The notes under the pieces are model-generated. The model was not told the DNA's origin and made no database searches. It saw only the letters and a list, made by a program, of their open reading frames with translations. This document shows positions 12,270 through 25,724 of a DNA stretch of 64,000 nucleotides, piece by piece. Position 1 is the stretch's first letter. Each line of letters opens with the position of its first letter. Both the position numbers and the translations under genes were made by a program. This stretch comes from Camelus ferus (taxonomy: Eukaryota): NCBI RefSeq assembly GCF_009834535.1, contig NC_045696.1:10790001-10854000 (forward strand). Reading direction: 5' to 3'.

Positions 12270-12700
12270 TGGTGGCACCAAGCCCGTATTCATCCAGCGA
12301 CACAATGTTTCCCAGCCTTTCCTGCAGTTAAGTGTGGCCAGAAGACCAAGTCCTTTCTAATGAAATACAAACAGAAATGATGCTGCCACTTCCAGGCCCA
12401 CCCACAAAAGCTTCTCACATGCATCCCTCCATGCTCTGTCCCTCTTCTAGCCGACTGAGAGGATGAACACCCAGGACATCCTTGGAAGACCCACTCCAGG
12501 ACATCCTTGGAAGACCCACTCCAGGACATCCTTGGAAGACCTATGCTGAAGACAGCAAAGCCATCGTCAATCAGCCTGAGTCCCTGGATGACGACATGGA
12601 ACAGGGTTGCCACTGCCTTGGACTACCACCTGAGTAATAAACGTTTATTCTTAAAGATGCTGAATATGAGGAGACTATTTGTTACATAGCTCAGACTACA
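12270..12700 (+). mobile_element. MLT1 (MaLR) LTR
   Basis: TTTCCCAGCCTTTCCTGCAGTTAAGTGTGGCC...AGCCTGAGTCCCTGGATGAC...AATAAAC...TTTGTTACATAGC. Confidence 0.75.
12471..12541 (+). repeat. Perfect tandem repeat, 25 bp unit CCAGGACATCCTTGGAAGACCCACT, about 2.8 copies
   Basis: Directly visible. Confidence 0.95.
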
Positions 12701-12704
12701 CTGA

Positions 12705-13130
12705 CTCCAGTTGCCTTTCTATGTTCCCTCCGTATTCCAAAACTGGAAGCCTTGAACTACATCTTCCAGACTCTCCCACAAGGGTTCTGGATACAGCTTA
12801 GGTTCTGCCAATCAGATGCACTTGTGCACCATTTGGAGGTCGGTGGTGAGGCAGAGCTGTTCTGCCTTTGAGGGACGTGTCTGATGGGAAGTCGCCGACA
12901 GACGCAAGCATTGCACCAGATGGATTTTCTGCCCTACTCTGGCGCCAGCTTTGCTGACCAGGATGCTCAGGTGATGATGGAAATTCCCTCCCTCTGGACA
13001 CAGCTGTTGTGATGTGACCTTAAAGCCTAGAGAATGCCATCTGCCTCTGCTTCTCCAGACCTTCAGACATTTATGTAAGCGTAATTCCCTAGATTAAATG
13101 CCTTTCTGCATGTCACTGTCCTGCACTGAT
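12705..13130 (+). mobile_element. LTR33-like ERV-L LTR
   Basis: AACTACATCTTCCAGACTC...TTAGGTTCTGCCAATCAGATGCAC...TAATTCCCTAGATTAAATGCCTTTCTG. Confidence 0.6.
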
Positions 13131-14578
13131 AATGCCTCCCCACTCCAGTGGGAGAAAAACGTTTCTTATCTTTTAAAATTAGTTCTCAGTATTCATAAGA
13201 ATTCACCCTTCCATTTTAATTTCTTTGCCCTCCTCAGAGATGCATCATCTCTCTGGTTCAAAGATTTGTCTCAGCATTTAGTCAACATTATCTCTGAGAC
13301 TCTGTTTCCTTATCTCTAAAGTAGGGATAGTAATCTCTGACCTGTAGAGTTCTGTAGAGTTCTGAAGATAAAATGAGTTATTATTGGATGGAAAAACCAT
13401 TTGACAGATTGATCTATGAAATGTTAAATCCTTAAAAAGTGGATTAAGGAGCATTACTTCAATGAACCCACAGGTGAAGTAACTGTAGTTGTCATCTTTC
13501 TTTTGAAAGAAATGTATTCTTACATGTATTGGTTTCAATAATATATATTTATGTATATATTTTCCAAAATATGTGTGCAGTAATATATAAGATGTAAAAA
13601 TTCTAAGTATAGGTTGATTGCTTAAATGCAAAGGATAAGGCATGACACAAGAGCAACAAAATGTGGTCATGATAATTTAAAATATCTTGAATCACTCAAT
13701 ATTTATTTTTGAAAACTAATTCATTGTACTGTGACCCCCAATCACCAACTGAAAAAACGACTTAAATCCAAGACAAAGTTTCTGTGTCTGAGTCCACCCT
13801 CTGATCAGCACCATTCTCTCATTAACACTTGTGGCTCCGCCGATGTTGCTCTCATTTGCACCGTGCAAAAGGTCCGTGCCAGCTTCCTTTCCTCTCTGTT
13901 CAAACAAACAATAGCTTTGGGAACAAAGAATTCGATTTGCAGCAGGTGAAAGTTTAGTTTTAATGATGCTGAGACCAAATCGTTTTTAAACTTGAAATAT
14001 GTAGAAGACTCCAAACTCCATTTCATTTCTCATTTCTCACAGTTACCCATTGTAGTTTACAAAATCTCTTACTTTGAGTCAAAGACTCTTTGAAAGAAAT
14101 TCAGAAATGAACGTTTTGCACATACATAGCTTATTAGCAACACGAAAAATTAGTTTTCTCTCTGATGGTGAGTTTTTCTTCCTCCAGAACACAAAATAGC
14201 GACATAAATTTACAGGATGCTACATTTTCATATAACAGCGACCAGCGACATTTTCATATTTCCTTAGGGAAAGAAAATCTGGGTGAGAGAGGGTGAAAAA
14301 GCCTGAGATCGGTCACTCATCTCCACAAGCAGCAAAGGTGCTATTATGCGCTGATGAGCGGCTCAGATCAGAACACCCGGGGCTGCCGCCAGCTCTCTTC
14401 ATGCCCTGCAGTCCTTGAATCAGGACTCTTAATTGGTGTATGAAAAGTCACCTTAACCCGGTTCGCTGTCACCTTTCCTGAAAATCCTCATGACAAAGGA
14501 TTTGTGAAAACTTTTCTAATCAAACATCTCCTCTCAATGTTCAGCTATTCCAGAAGAATGAATGTCAGCTTTCACATA

Positions 14579-14767
14579 CAGTCGTCCCTCAGTATCTGCC
14601 TGGCATTGGTTCCAGGGTCTCTAGCAGACACCCAAATCCGCAGACACTCAAGTCCCTTATATAAAATGGCATAGAGAGGGTCCCCGCCCTCCAGCCCCTA
14701 TCTGCAGATTCCGCTTCCGTGAATCAAAATCTGCAGATGCAGAACCCAAGGATACAGAGGGCTGAGT
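14579..14767 (+). mobile_element. MER2/MER8-family Tigger-derived element
   Basis: TA-CAGTCGTCCCTCAGTATC...CTCAAGTCCCTTATATAAAATGGC...GATACAGAGGGCTGA. Confidence 0.8.
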
Positions 14768-15090
14768 CATTCCCACTCTTTGAGATCTCTTTTCTGCTAA
14801 AATCCAAGGGTAGCAATGAGGATGGAGAGACCAGATGTGAGCAGGCTGGGATGGTATTTGTCAGGCTAAGTTACACAAGCCTGCTGGGTCAAAAGATATG
14901 TATATACATTTGCTATTTTTATAGTATTGCTCAACTGCCCTCTATAGGGATTGTACCCATGTACATTCTCACCACACTTACTTAAGAATGCCTTGTCCCA
15001 TCCTCCACCCAACTCCCGCCCCCAGTCTGCTTAGCAGAACATTACCAAATTCATGGATTTTTTTTTTCAATCTGCTAAGTGAAAAAGGGC

Positions 15091-15684
15091 TGATACCAGT
15101 TTCTGAAAATCAAGTGTGTCACTAGGATATTTCTGAAAGTAGCTCTTTTACCCCTTTCCTGTTTGCCCATTTCTGTCCCCCTCTAACCTTAAAAGAACTT
15201 AATTATAAGACTGAGATCACTAAATAATTGAAATTAACTCCTGACTAATGCTCTCCTGAATGCACACCATGCCTTGCTTAACCTGTTGATTCTTTTCCTA
15301 GACAAAAAGAAGTAAGATTGGAGAACAAAGCAGTTAATAAATGATTAGTTCTCTACCCCTAAAAGGCCCCTTAGCAATCCTGAAGGCAGATCATGTAGGC
15401 AAGATAACATCTGAAGAGAGAGTCAGCCAGTCTGCATGCAACAGAGAATGAGGCAGAACTCAAACTCCTGCCTTGATGATTCACTGAGATGCTTCCCCCA
15501 CCCCCATTTTTCCCTTAAAAACTATCATGGCTAAGCAGAATCTTTGGAGTGGGTCTCTGGACACGAGTCCACCTTTTTCCCAGATTGCCAGTTTTCTGAT
15601 TAAAGCACCTTTCCTTTCTACTGACACTTGCTTCTCAAATTATTGGCTTTGGGAAGTGAGCAGCCAAACCTGAGTTTGGTAACA
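15091..15684 (+). mobile_element. Solo ERV LTR (ERV1-like)
   Basis: TG...CA ends (TGATACC / GGTAACA), ATTAAA polyA signal near 15598, U5-like AAACCTGAGTTTGGTAACA. Confidence 0.7.
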
Positions 15685-15769
15685 TTTCCTTTCCTCCTTC
15701 TCCCTGCCCCCTTCTCTTCTGCTTCCTCCTCCCCTCGTCCTCTCCCTTCCCTCTTTCCTCGTTTCCAGG

Positions 15770-16360
15770 ATTTTTCTTACTGTGCTAAAATAACACCATA
15801 AAATTTACTATCATAACCATTTTAAGTGTACAGTTCAGTAGCATTAAGTACACTCCCATTATTCTGCAACTGGCACCACCGTCCATCTCCAGAACTTTTT
15901 CACGATCCCAAAGTGAAACTATACACATTAAACAGAAACTCCAATTCCTTTCTGCCCCCAGCTCCTGGCAACCACCATTCTACTTCCTGTGTCTATGAAT
16001 TTTTCCATTCTAGATACCTCACATAAGTGGAATCCACAGTATTTGTCCTTTTGTGTCTGGCTTTTGTCACTTAGTATTTTTTCAGGGTTCATCCACGTTG
16101 TAGCATGTATCACAATTTCACTCCTTATTAAGGCTGAGCAATATTCCTTTGTATGACTAGACAATATTTTTTTATCCATTCACTTGTTGATGGACACTAG
16201 GATTGATTCCACCTTTTGGATATTGTGAATGATGCTGCTATGAACCTTGGTGTACATGTATCTGCTTTCAATTCTTTTGAAGCAGATTGCTGGATCATAA
16301 GGTCATCCTATGTTTAATTTTTGGAGAACTCGCCAAACTGCTTTCCACCGTGACTGCATA
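15770..16360 (-). mobile_element. L1MB-like 3' end
   Basis: TAACCATTTTAAGTGTACAGTTCAGTAGCATTAAGTAC; ORF 15928..16179 is the L1 ORF2 C-terminus. Confidence 0.9.
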
Positions 16361-17808
16361 ATGTTGTGGCTTTTTAAATTCAAATAACTGATGTTTATAC
16401 AATTAGAATTTTCAAAGTCAACTTTCCTTTAAAAATCTCGTAACATCCTAATGAAAACCCTGTGAGGTGAGCGTTACTTCAATTCCCATTTGGCACATGA
16501 GAAAATCAAAATGGGCAGGAAGATGGGATCACAGAAGTCTGGTTGGATTCTTAGCAGCAAACAGCAGAACCCACTTCAGCTAACTTGAGGAGAGAAGCTG
16601 CTCCTAAAAGATTTCTTAGGTAGTTCAGAGTCTCTAGGAGGGCCAGAAGATTCATCCCGGAGCCATGGAGCCCAACCACACTGCAGAGCAAAGATCCCAC
16701 CGATTATAATCAGTGGTTACAAGTCTGTGCCTCTATTTTCTCACCTGTCAAGTGGAGATAATAATCATTTATACTCCTGAGTGCCCCTGAGAGCATTCAA
16801 TAATGCTGTGTATAGCACCTGGCATGTATAAGAGCTTAATAGAATTTAGGTCTTACTATTGTTGTGATTGATCTTGGTCTGGGGGATAAGGTTGAGATTG
16901 ATCTGCACCATCTTAATTTGGGTCCAAAATGGGACGTGATTTAATGAGACCTATTTTCTTTTGTGACTTACAAACAGGCTCTGCAGTTTGGGGAGCTCCA
17001 AAAAAGGCCTGCACAGCAGCAGTGCCAGTGGAGTAGAGACATGCACGCGGAGCTTCCCAGGAGGATGGTGGGCCAGAATGTTTATGACGGAGGACAGGGC
17101 GTGCTGGTGCTTTACTCTCAGGCATGCTAACCACCTCCTACGTGAAGCACGTGAGTGACACCTTCTCCCCAGGGAGAGTCCTTGTATCTCCTCTCCCGTT
17201 ACTCCAGAGAGAGAGTTTCTGTGACATGGAGGATCCATTACACACTTTCCCCTGTGTTGCTGGAAGCAGCTCCCTGCTGCTGACCTGCCAGAAGGCAGTG
17301 CCCTGGGCAGTGATCTGAACCTCAGAACAGGTGAAAGGATCATCTCAGAAAACCCATACAGATGCCTGTTGCTGCTGTTCACCCCGAAAATCTTTAAAGC
17401 TCTCTGTGTTAACATATGTACTCTTAACTCAGCTCGTTTTCTGAAAAAGGAACTATGCTTTGCTAGGTAACTCAATGCCCTCTTCACCCAAGGGTCAAGG
17501 CTCAGACTTGGCCAGCTCAGCGAATTCTGTCTGAGGTCATGCCCTTACCCTGCAGGAAGGTTTCCATGAATGGGCATGATCCAGACCCCAGGGAGGGAAG
17601 CTTACCCCTAAGATGTTGCCCTTAGCATCACACAGGGGCCTGGTCCCATCTTCAGAGTGACCACTGCCCACAACAGATGCTGGGATGGGAAGGCCAGATG
17701 GTCTGACATTGACCTCTTACCCACTGCCATCCCATCACAGGACTCAAGGTCAGAGAAGCCCACAGTTCTCTTGTATTGTCTTTTACTCATTTACTGTCTT
17801 TTTCATTC

Positions 17809-17851
<43 letters not shown>
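17809..17851. repeat. (ATAG)n microsatellite, about 10 units
   Basis: Directly visible. Confidence 0.95.
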
Positions 17852-18189
17852 TGTTGTGCAATGTAATAAGTAGATGAATTTGTGTAATTCTTTCTTTCTT
17901 TCCCAAATCTTGTAAATCTGTAAAACAATGGGTAGGCCACAAGTAAATAGCTATTACTTTTACTGTCATTATCATGTTTACCATTACATGCTTGCTATTC
18001 TTCTTTCTTTCACCTTTGAGCAAATATTAACTGAGTGCCTAGTATGTGCCAAGGGCCCTATGCAGCCTGACTCCAATCCAACCATGCAGACGTTCCTCAT
18101 GATTCCTCAGGTACACATCAGTTACCATCAGGTCTCCTTTTACTGGATTACTCACCAATTCGCCAGATGCAAAAACTCACTACCCTTTC

Positions 18190-18506
18190 TCACCTCTTAC
18201 TACTTGCTCTGTCTAAAATAGCCTTTCTTCTTCTGCACCTGGCAAAGTGCATTCATCTCTCTGGACCTCTTTCAAATGTCACCTCCTCTGTGAAGCCCAT
18301 CCTGATTGGCTTCCCTTCTTTTAGTTACTTTTGGATACTTTAAGATACTTATCCCACTGTATCCTAATTATTAGCTCACATGTTGATTACCTCCTGAGAG
18401 TGTAAGATCCCCTTTGATCATTTGATTCTTTCTACTCACCCCAGAACCCCCTCCAACAGTCTTTGGCATATATTTGGTCCTCAATTAATGTTTGGTGAAT
18501 GAATGA
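18190..18506 (+). mobile_element. L2 3' end
   Basis: TCAAATGTCACCTCCTCTGTGAAGCC...TCAATTAATGTTTGGTGAATGAATGA. Confidence 0.7.
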
Positions 18507-19355
18507 GGATGCTATGTGTGTTGTGTGTTGCATTTGCCTTGGTATTATGTAGCAAAAAGGCAATTTTCTCCCCCTTCACATGGGCCTCTACTTCCTTCCT
18601 CTAGCAGCCAATAGCTTTGGAATGGGTTGGTCTGGTTAATATTTTAGTTTCCCCCTCTACCCTAATGCCTGCTCCCAAGTGACTGCAGATAATTTTTGTT
18701 GAGACAGACCACACTGTCATGGGCCCGTGAGTGCCTGATGATCTGGTTTCCTGCATGCTGTTCAACCAAGGAATTCAGGCAGCATCCCACTTTTACTGTC
18801 GAGGATGAAGCGGAAAAGTACAGATTTAGAAAGTCTGATTAGCACCAACTGCCTCACGACCCATCATCAGCCTTTTTGTCTCAGGGTGTTTGGCACACGT
18901 GGGTTTGTTCCTCAGATCAGGCTGTGAAATCCTACACTTTTCCAGGAACTAACAAGCAAACAGGCTGAGAACAGGCACACAGCCAGCTGGCCACCTGCCC
19001 TCACTCATCCTCCCCTCTGTTGTCACTCCTTCGGCTCTATCTGGGAGTGAGACTTCTGGATGGCTGTGGTGACCTGTCTGCTTTGATCTTGCTGAGAAGC
19101 CATTAGTTAAACTTCTACAAAAAGAGCAGCCACTTCCCTGTGAGAGAAGGAGTCGTTAAAATTTTCTCTGAAAATGAGAGCAAATGTTGGATACAGAGAT
19201 AGAAAAAGTGTTTTTTATGAAAGATGCTTATCAAATCCTGAGTCCAAACAAGGAAGAATACTAAAATTTGCAAATGAAAAAGACTTGGTGTCAGCATATC
19301 TTCCCAGCATGGCTCAAACAGCATTTTTTTCTGGGAGTGTTTTTAGTCAGCCCTC

Positions 19356-19550
19356 TGTTACCAAACCAAACTTGGGTCCATTCACCCACATGTAGTAGAG
19401 CCATTCTACTGACACCAGATTATGGTGAAGGAAAGCACAGCGTTTATTGCAAGGCCAAGCAAGGAGTACGGGTGGCTCATGCTCAGAAGACCCAAACTTC
19501 CCAATGGCTTTCAGGAAAAGGTTTTTAAAGACAACGTGAAGGAGAAGTTT
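19356..19550 (-). mobile_element. ERV LTR 3' fragment
   Basis: Starts TGTTACCAAACCAAACTTGGGTCC (reverse complement of an LTR end); TTTATTG polyA signal on the minus strand. Confidence 0.65.
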
Positions 19551-19680
19551 GCATCTTTAGGGCAGAGGTGGTTTATGTTTGGCAAAATGTTCCTTATTAA
19601 TTACTAGGAAAATAAATAGCAACAACATCCTTTACCAGAGAGTTCTGACTCAAGGACAAAGGGAATAACCCAAAATGAGG

Positions 19681-20070
19681 GTGGAATGGGTTGAATAGTG
19701 TCCTCCCAAATTCATCTCCACTCAGATCCTCAGAATATAGTTATGGATCTCAAGATACCATATTGGATTTAGGGTGGTCCCTAAATCCAGTGACTCTTGT
19801 CCTGATAGGAAGAGGAGAAGATGTGGAGAAGATGGTATTGTAATGATGGAGGCAGACCAAAGTTATGTTACTACAAACTGAGAAATGTTGAAGGCACCAG
19901 GAGTTGGAAGAGGCAAGGGAGGTTTCCCCCAGAGGCTTTGGAGGATGTGGCCCTGTCAACAGCTGATTTCAGACTTCTGGCCTCCAGAACTATAGGACAA
20001 TAAATTTCCGTTGTTTTTAGCCAACAAGTCTATAGTACAGTTTTTATGGCAGCCCCAGAAAACTCATACA
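19681..20070 (+). mobile_element. MLT1B/C-type LTR
   Basis: GGGTTGAATAGTGTCCTCCCAAATTCAT...GACTTCTGGCCTCCAGAACT...AATAAATTTC...AAACTCATACA. Confidence 0.9.
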
Positions 20071-20243
20071 GGGGGGCTTGAATTTCCATACAGAGGGGGA
20101 ATTATGGTGGTGGGTTAGGTAAGAGGCAGAGACAGAGGCAGCTATCCACACAGGATAAAAAAGGACTCATGGGCCATCTAGACTTCCCATCTAATAATGC
20201 CTTCCTTCCCTCCCTCTCAGTCCAGTCAAGAAACCGAGTCATA

Positions 20244-20358
20244 GAGGGAGGGTATAGCTCAGTGGTAGAGTAAGTGCTTAGCATGCCCATTATCATTAAA
20301 ATAAATAAATAAACAAACAAACCCTAATTACCTCCCCTCCAATTTTTTTTAATTAAAA
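20244..20358 (+). mobile_element. Camelid tRNA-derived SINE (Vic-1-like), internally deleted
   Basis: GGGAGGGTATAGCTCAGTGGTAGAG (A box)...CCTAATTACCTCCCC; B-box segment missing. Confidence 0.75.
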
Positions 20359-20506
20359 GAAGGAAAGGAAGAAAGGAAGAAAGGAAGAAAGGAAGAAAGG
20401 AAGAAAGGAAGAAAGAAGAAAGAAAGGAAAGGAAGGAAGGAAGGAAGGAAGGAAGGAAGGAAGGAAGGAAGGAAGAAAGGAAGGAAGGAAGAAACAAACA
20501 AACAAA
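20356..20506. repeat. (GAAA/GGAA)n purine microsatellite in SINE tail
   Basis: Directly visible. Confidence 0.95.
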
Positions 20507-20563
20507 CCACGTCATCAAGACTTCTGTACTTCCAGGAACAGGAAACTCACTCCACAACCCTCT

Positions 20564-20960
20564 AGTGATGGTTAATTTAACATGTCAACTTGATTGAACA
20601 ATGGGATACTGGTTAAACACTATTTCTGGGTATGTCTGTGCGGGGGTTTCTGGAAGAGATTAGCATTTGAATTGGTGAACTGAGTAAAGCCGATTTTACC
20701 CTCCCATTGTGGGTGGGCACCGTCCAACCCTTTGAGGACCAAAGTAGAACAAAAAGGCTGAGGAAGGTTGAATTTTCTCTCTCTTCCTGCTCTGGGATCG
20801 GAGCTTACACCTGGGTCTCCAGCTTGCCAACTGCAGATCTTGTTCTTCTCAGCCCCCATGCTTGTGTAGGCCAACTCCTTATAATGAGTCTCATATACAC
20901 AGATACAGATTTACAGAGATCCTATTGGTTCTGTTTCTCTGGAGAACCCTAACTAATACA
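20564..20960 (+). mobile_element. MLT2-type LTR
   Basis: GTGATGGTTAATTTAACATGTCAACTTGA...CCTATTGGTTCTGTTTCTCTGGAGAACCCTAACTAATACA. Confidence 0.9.
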
Positions 20961-20964
20961 TTTC

Positions 20965-21400
20965 TGAAGCAACTGACTCCATCTTTGGACAGTTCTTTTT
21001 TTGTAACAAACCCCAAATCTCTCTCTTGAGAAGTCATTAGTATCAAACCTACTGTCCCCATGACAGCCTTTCAAATATTAGGAGATACTATTGTGTGCTC
21101 TTGCGTCTTTTCTTCCCACAATTTTTCATCCCACTCCTTTCAGCTGTGTCTCTGGGAACACAGCTTCTGCTCCCCCTGAGCACCCCAGCTCTTCTCCTTT
21201 GCACATGTCCCAAGTCTTTTGCTTCCTCCTTCTTGTGCATGCATAAGGGCAGGATGTCATCCTACAGTCACTATCTGACTACACGGACGGTGAGTAAGGC
21301 TATACTGTCTGTGGATTTCCATTGTTTCCTTTGAGTCACATGATATTTCATTTAAGAAACCACAATAGCCTGCTCTGTTATATCAAAACTATGATGGTAA
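20965..21400 (-). mobile_element. L3/CR1 fragment
   Basis: ATGACAGCCTTTCAAATATT...TCTTTTCTTC resembles the antisense CR1 3' ORF2 motif. Confidence 0.45.
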
Positions 21401-21689
21401 ACTTCCAAATAGTTCCAAGAAGTGGATTGCTGTGTGTATGAGTCTGTCATTTAGGGGGAAGGCAGCCTGGAATGGAAGTCCCTCTGGTTGGGAGGGAGAA
21501 CAAAATATGAGGGCTGCGGTGCTCCATGGTAGGTAGAAAGTGTCCCTGACTCCCTAGGAGGGACAAATAGCCCACCAATAAAACCCATAATGAGAGCTTT
21601 TGAAATAAGCAAGTATTGTGATAATTATTCCATTCATTTAAAATCAATTTTAAAGAATGTTTGTTCTTATTAGTAATTGTGATAAACAC

Positions 21690-21925
21690 ATCAGTTATTG
21701 CGTCAGTTACTGAGCAATGACTGTGTACAGAGTGCTTCACATCTGTTACCCTGTGAAATCTTACAACTCTACAAGTTGTGTAGGATTAGTCCCATTTTAT
21801 AGATGAGAAAACTGAGACTTAGAGAAGTTGAGTGATTTGTCCAACGCTATAAGTGTAGTAGAATGGGGTATGATTTGAAGCAGATTTATCTGATGCTGAG
21901 GCTCATGTGCTTGGCCACCTGGCTC
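21690..21925 (-). mobile_element. MIR
   Basis: CCCATTTTATAGATGAGAAAACTGAGACTTAGAGAAGTT. Confidence 0.8.
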
Positions 21926-22554
21926 CAGCTGTGTGAAACAGTCAACTCTAAAGCTAAAGTCATCACATACCTTCCAACACACAACCCTCCGTAAGCTTTC
22001 AACACTGCTGCTACTCCAACCCTCCATAGCCAGGTCTGACCCGTGCATTTCTGCCCCTCCTTTTCACCCCAGCATTCCACCTTCTTACTCTGACTCAAGA
22101 AAGACAAACCAGCCAGTGAAAGCTTGGCTTCCCAGCTGTGCTCACTGAACCAAACTCTTTCTTATTTGTAAAATGTTCTATTTGGAACTCTACATACTAG
22201 CATTTATTTTCTATATCACATTCGTTTTCTATTCATCAAATTCCAACTTCCTTTTCAATGCCATCCTTTTTGTCCTGAGAGAAATTCCCTGTAGACACCA
22301 TCAGCTCCATGCACAGGTGAACGCCAACTTTCTCCTAGAAACTCTGTACTACCCACGGCAATACTACCATCCCTCAGTAACTTAGGGGAGCAAGAAGAGT
22401 AGCGGCTTCATCTAAATCCCAAATACTTTAAATTATGGCCAATGCATCATGAGTAACCAGAATAAAGCTCTTAAAATATTATTTCTTTTAATTCCAAAAA
22501 TGTGCATGTACCCCGTCCCTTACTAAAGGGTGTACTTTATTTTTTCTTCTTCTA

Positions 22555-22914
22555 AGTTTAATTATTTACTTATTTGTATTGAAGTAGGGTCATTTTACAG
22601 TGTTGTGTTAATTTCTGGTATAGAGGATAGTGATTCAGTTATACATACATATATATATTTCTTTTCATATTCTTTTTCATTATGGGGTTACAAGGTACTG
22701 AATATAATTCCCCGTGCCATACAGTAGGACTTTGTTGTTTATCTGTGTTATATCGAGTAGTTAGTATCTGCATATCCCAAACTCCCAATTTATCTTTCCA
22801 CCTCCGTCCCTTTCCCTCCTGGTAACCATAAGTTTATTTTCTATGTCTGTGTGTCTGTTTCTGTTTTGTAAATAATTTCATTTGTGTCATTTTTTAAGGT
22901 TCCATATATAAGTG
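22555..22914 (-). mobile_element. Young-type L1 3'UTR
   Basis: TTGAAGTAG...GTGATTCAGTTATAC...GGTAACCATAAGTTT. Confidence 0.9.
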
Positions 22915-24377
22915 AGTAATGCCTTTGCTACTTCCCTGTTCAAATGCTTGAAGTCCTCTCTAAAAAAATAGGTCACATATGATTTACACTCTTTGGAATG
23001 TCTTCAAGTAGATTTTTTTTTTTTTTGATAGGAAAGAAGGATACTATTTTTTTCTTTTTTAAATTGAAGTATAGTTGATTTACAATATTGCATTAGGGAA
23101 GATACTTTGTTAGGGAAAGTATATATTCATTAGATTGCTGCTCTTCTCACAGCATAAGAATGTGTCCCTGGCAGATACTGGAAATTTCAATCCCCCAACT
23201 TTGCACATGTTCTTAAAGCTGATGAAAAACAAGTATTCACCCTTGGTTGTGAGTAAGTCATTAGGCTATGATCAATGGGAGTGTTAGATTAAGACTGAAT
23301 CTTCTCTTTCATAAACTCATGGTGGTGTGTCCTTTAGAAAATTACACAGCCTCTCCGATGTTTTGTTCTGTTCTGTTTCCTTCCGTTAAAGGCAGCCTGG
23401 ATTAAATCATCTCTGAGGTTAATTTTGGCTCTAAGACGCTACTGCTATGATCATTGTTCTTTCCCTGTTAGTTGGTGGGTCCTTTGGCTTCGTCATTGCA
23501 ACAGGTGTCCAGACAAGGTCCATGGGTGGAACATAAACATGATCCTAAGAAGACATTAACATGGGGACACTGGATTCTGTCCCAACCCATTTCAGAAAAG
23601 CTGGTGCCCAGTATTTGGCCCCCTACGCTGTGGTATTTGTCTTCATGGTAAAAATCTAGCTCCGACAAACAATGCAGAATCCTCAGATCTTGTCTCTGGG
23701 ACTCGTCAGGGAGACAAAGACGGAATCACCCAGTGCTCATTAATCCACGTGGAAATAAAAAAGATTAAGCAGCACAGACACTGTGACCACCGGGAAAATG
23801 ACAGAAATACAGATCATTACATGCATCTGGTCTTCCAGACGGGGAGAAATGGAGATAAAGCCTTAAGTCTTTAATAAGGCTAGAAATTAAAACTGGGATT
23901 AACAACAAGAAGCATTTATGAGAAGCTGCACATGACACTCCTGCTGAAGTTTTGCTGGCCTGATTTCTGGAACATTTTCTATGCTGTTAACATTTATCAC
24001 CAGCCTCTTCTCTGGTTGAAAAGCAATGGCCACTGCCCACTGGCTGCAGGTCCACAGCCTTCTCCGTAGACATACTCGTCCTGCTTTGGGCTATACTCTT
24101 TAGAAGCAAAATTAAAGCACTGTTTTCATGAGGTTTGTGCAGAGACGAGGGAGTATGAATCTCTGAACTTCCGTGCGGCTTTGATGTCTGGCTTTGTCCC
24201 ATAATAGAGAAAACAGCTCCTGGGAGGGGTGACAGAGGTATGCGCCACAGGCTGAAGACAGGGATGGGGGAACAGATTCTCCCTGCATTTACTGCATTTA
24301 GATAGCTCAGATTCTGCCCCCAGTGGAGATCCACACGCCTCTGTTAAAATGTAACTGCATCACTCTGTTGACCAACC

Positions 24378-24886
24378 GTTGTGGGTTGAGTTGTGTCTCC
24401 CCACAAAGTTATGTTGAAGTTTTAACCCCTAGCACCTCAGGATGTGACCTTGTTTGGAAACAGCAAATTAAGTTAAAATAGAATCATTAGGTTGGGTCTT
24501 AATCCAACATGACTGATGTCCTTATAAAAAGGGGAAATTGAGACACACACACACACACACACACTCATACACACACTCATACACACACACACAGAGACAC
24601 GTGCAGAGGGGAGACTACGTGCAGAGACACAGTGGGGATGCCATGTGCGGGTGGAGGACTGGGATGATGGGTCCACAAGTCTAGGACACCAAAGCTGGAT
24701 GACCAACCACCAGAATCTAGCAGAACAGCCCAGAGCAGGTGCTCCCTCACAGCCCTCAGAAGGAACCAACCCTGCCAACCTTGAGCACAGACTTCTAGCC
24801 TCCAACACTATTAGAGAATACATTTCTGTTGCTTAAGTCACCTAGTTTGTGGTACATTGTGACGTCAGCCCTCGGAAACAAATACG
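24378..24886 (+). mobile_element. MLT1B/C-type LTR with (CA)n
   Basis: GGGTTGAGTTGTGTCTCCCC...ACCTCAGGATGTGACCTTGTTTGGAAA...AGACTTCTAGCCTCC. Confidence 0.9.
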
Positions 24887-25724
24887 CCAACACTTCAACC
24901 AGGTGGTGAGTATGAGCACCTGCGCTGTTATTACTGAGGAAAGAACCACATTTAAAAGGAATGGAAAATGTGTCAGATGGGAAGCCTGGATGAACCAGAG
25001 GAGGGTTTGGTGCAGGCAGAGGGCACATCAGAGACCGTGTTGCCACGGGGCTATAGATACCCAAGAGTTAACCTAAGGGCCCCAGGAACCTCAGGGATTT
25101 GGGGACAGAGTCTAAGCTGAAGGTCAGGAAGGTGTGGAAGGTGTGCTCTCCCTACATCACGGTTTGCTGAGGCTTAACCCACTAGGTTTTATCCATATTT
25201 GGATTTGCAGGTCACTATGGATTTTCAAAATTGATTACACCTAGTACCACCACCTTCCAAATCATCTTAGCTCTCTTCACCCACAGCCCTTAACCATGAA
25301 GAAGAGCCACAAGCACATTTCCTATTACCTCCATGGCTTGTTAACAGGGCTGAGGTTATCAGGGCTGCCAGGCCTGGTCAAGTAGGTGGATCCAGCCTCA
25401 GCTGCCAAGATGTCAGAGGTATGTTTGGGCACAGAATATGGTGGGTAAAACATGTGAGGAGCCTGGCTGTTGGTGGACACTGGTCAGACTCCAGGCCAAA
25501 CTCAAGCAAGCCTGCAGAAAAAGATGAAGCCTAGGTCCAGCCCCTTCCAGAGCTTAGCCCATTTCCACCTTTATTTCTTGCCCTCTTGCCCCCACTCCTC
25601 CCACACCTCCTCTGCTCCTCACCAAGTTCATCCCTTCCAGAATGTAGCCCCAACCCATCACAGCATAGCAGATCTCAGTAACTAGAACATTCTGGAGTGT
25701 GGAAGGCAGGTGCAAATAGTATAC

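Noticed and set aside
12471..12541. CRISPR-like array
   Set aside because: Head-to-tail tandem repeat with no unique spacers, in mammalian DNA.
16951..17487. 178 aa ORF
   Set aside because: No recognisable domain or exon context; plausible as a chance ORF.
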